In this document: positions 48,183-49,017 of the stretch, piece by piece
Position numbering within the stretch: position 1 is the stretch's first letter
Layout: each line of letters opens with the position of its first letter
DNA from: Girardia tigrina
Lineage: Eukaryota
Direction: 5' to 3'
Assembly: GCA_001938485.1 (NCBI GenBank)
Contig: MQRK01219238.1
Span: 1-49,017, forward strand
Length of the DNA stretch: 49,017 nt
The notes under the pieces: generated by a model
Databases searched by the model: none
Told to the model about the DNA's origin: nothing
Seen by the model: only the letters and a program-made list of their open reading frames with translations
Position numbers and translations under genes: made by a program

Positions 48183-49017
48183 TACATACATGGAGCCTAG
48201 TTAGCAAGGGTGACTGTTAAATCCAATATGCGTGCTTCTACCACCAGTACAACACAAACCTACAAGACACATTCGATGTTATTCATAATCTTTTAATTTT
48301 TAGAAATTTATTTAGGACCTAAAGGGTTTAAAACGAACTCAGAGAAACAGAAATCAGTTTCAGAAAATAATAATAAGGACCTACAATTCCCAGATAAAAG
48401 AAGAAACATAAATTCAAATTCAGATAATAAAGCAAAAGAAATTAGTTCGTATTCCATGTTGGTTTGGAAAATAAATAAAAAATATTAAAAAATAATTAAA
48501 AAATAAAATAAAGAAAATTTTTTTGTTACTAATCCTTGAAACTACGATGGTTTTCTTCAAATTACTAATTGCTCTTTTTTGGGGTCCATATTGATAAAAT
48601 GTCTGAAATTCGAGTAGGAATAATACGTATTAATTTATTTTATCATTTTATAAATAATTTGGATTATTGTTTGCAGTCTATTCTCGATTTTAATCCACAT
48701 TTATCAAGATTGATTTGGATTGAGAATGATCAGTTCAAATAGATACATTGCAGAAAGGGATCAAATTTCAATTTAATTATCGTTGTTGATGGTACTTTTT
48801 TGCAGCATGTGAATGTTGTTAACATTTTAAGAAGATCAACTTTTCAAATTAAATAATAACATCTTTACCACCACAATCGTATAGATGCGATATATAAACA
48901 TATCACTTTCGATTACAAAATTTCTGCCATACTTGAATATTAAAACATAAGCATCCAAGAGAATTTAGTATAAGAATATTTGGAATCCGTTATATACTAT
49001 ATATATATATATATATA

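Noticed and set aside
47780-48850. Possible degenerate exons near the window end
   Set aside because: Internal stops and no recognisable homology.

Overview
This is AT-rich, repeat-dense eukaryotic (animal) genomic DNA with three assembly gaps. The short GT-AG introns and the transposon mix suggest a flatworm such as a planarian, but that is inference. There are no prokaryotic features, rRNA, tRNA or CRISPR arrays. One intact host gene is supported: a PIAS/Su(var)2-10-type SUMO E3 ligase on the + strand. I reconstruct it as join(16551..16583,16665..18388,27873..29175), 1019 aa, with SAP, PINIT-like, SP-RING and two SIM-like motifs. It has a possible short intronic-stop isoform and a possible alternative last exon at 35436-35827 carrying a PxVxL motif. 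Most of the rest is transposon debris: Ty3/Gypsy, RTE and R2/NeSL-like fragments, two copies of an intron-containing IR/DR Tc1, a mariner, pogo/Tigger, hAT and piggyBac MITEs, FLYWCH-MULE remnants, a Chapaev3 (RAG1-related) element with RSS-like ends nested inside a MULE, and a 1.5-kb palindrome in the PIAS intron. The most unusual region is 0.6-13 kb. It is a mosaic of truncated 5' pieces of unrelated housekeeping genes (a PP1 catalytic subunit, RBMX2/Snu17, and a four-exon kinase N-terminus present twice), some preceded by E2F-like motifs and joined to transposon sequence. This suggests DNA-level capture of gene fragments.
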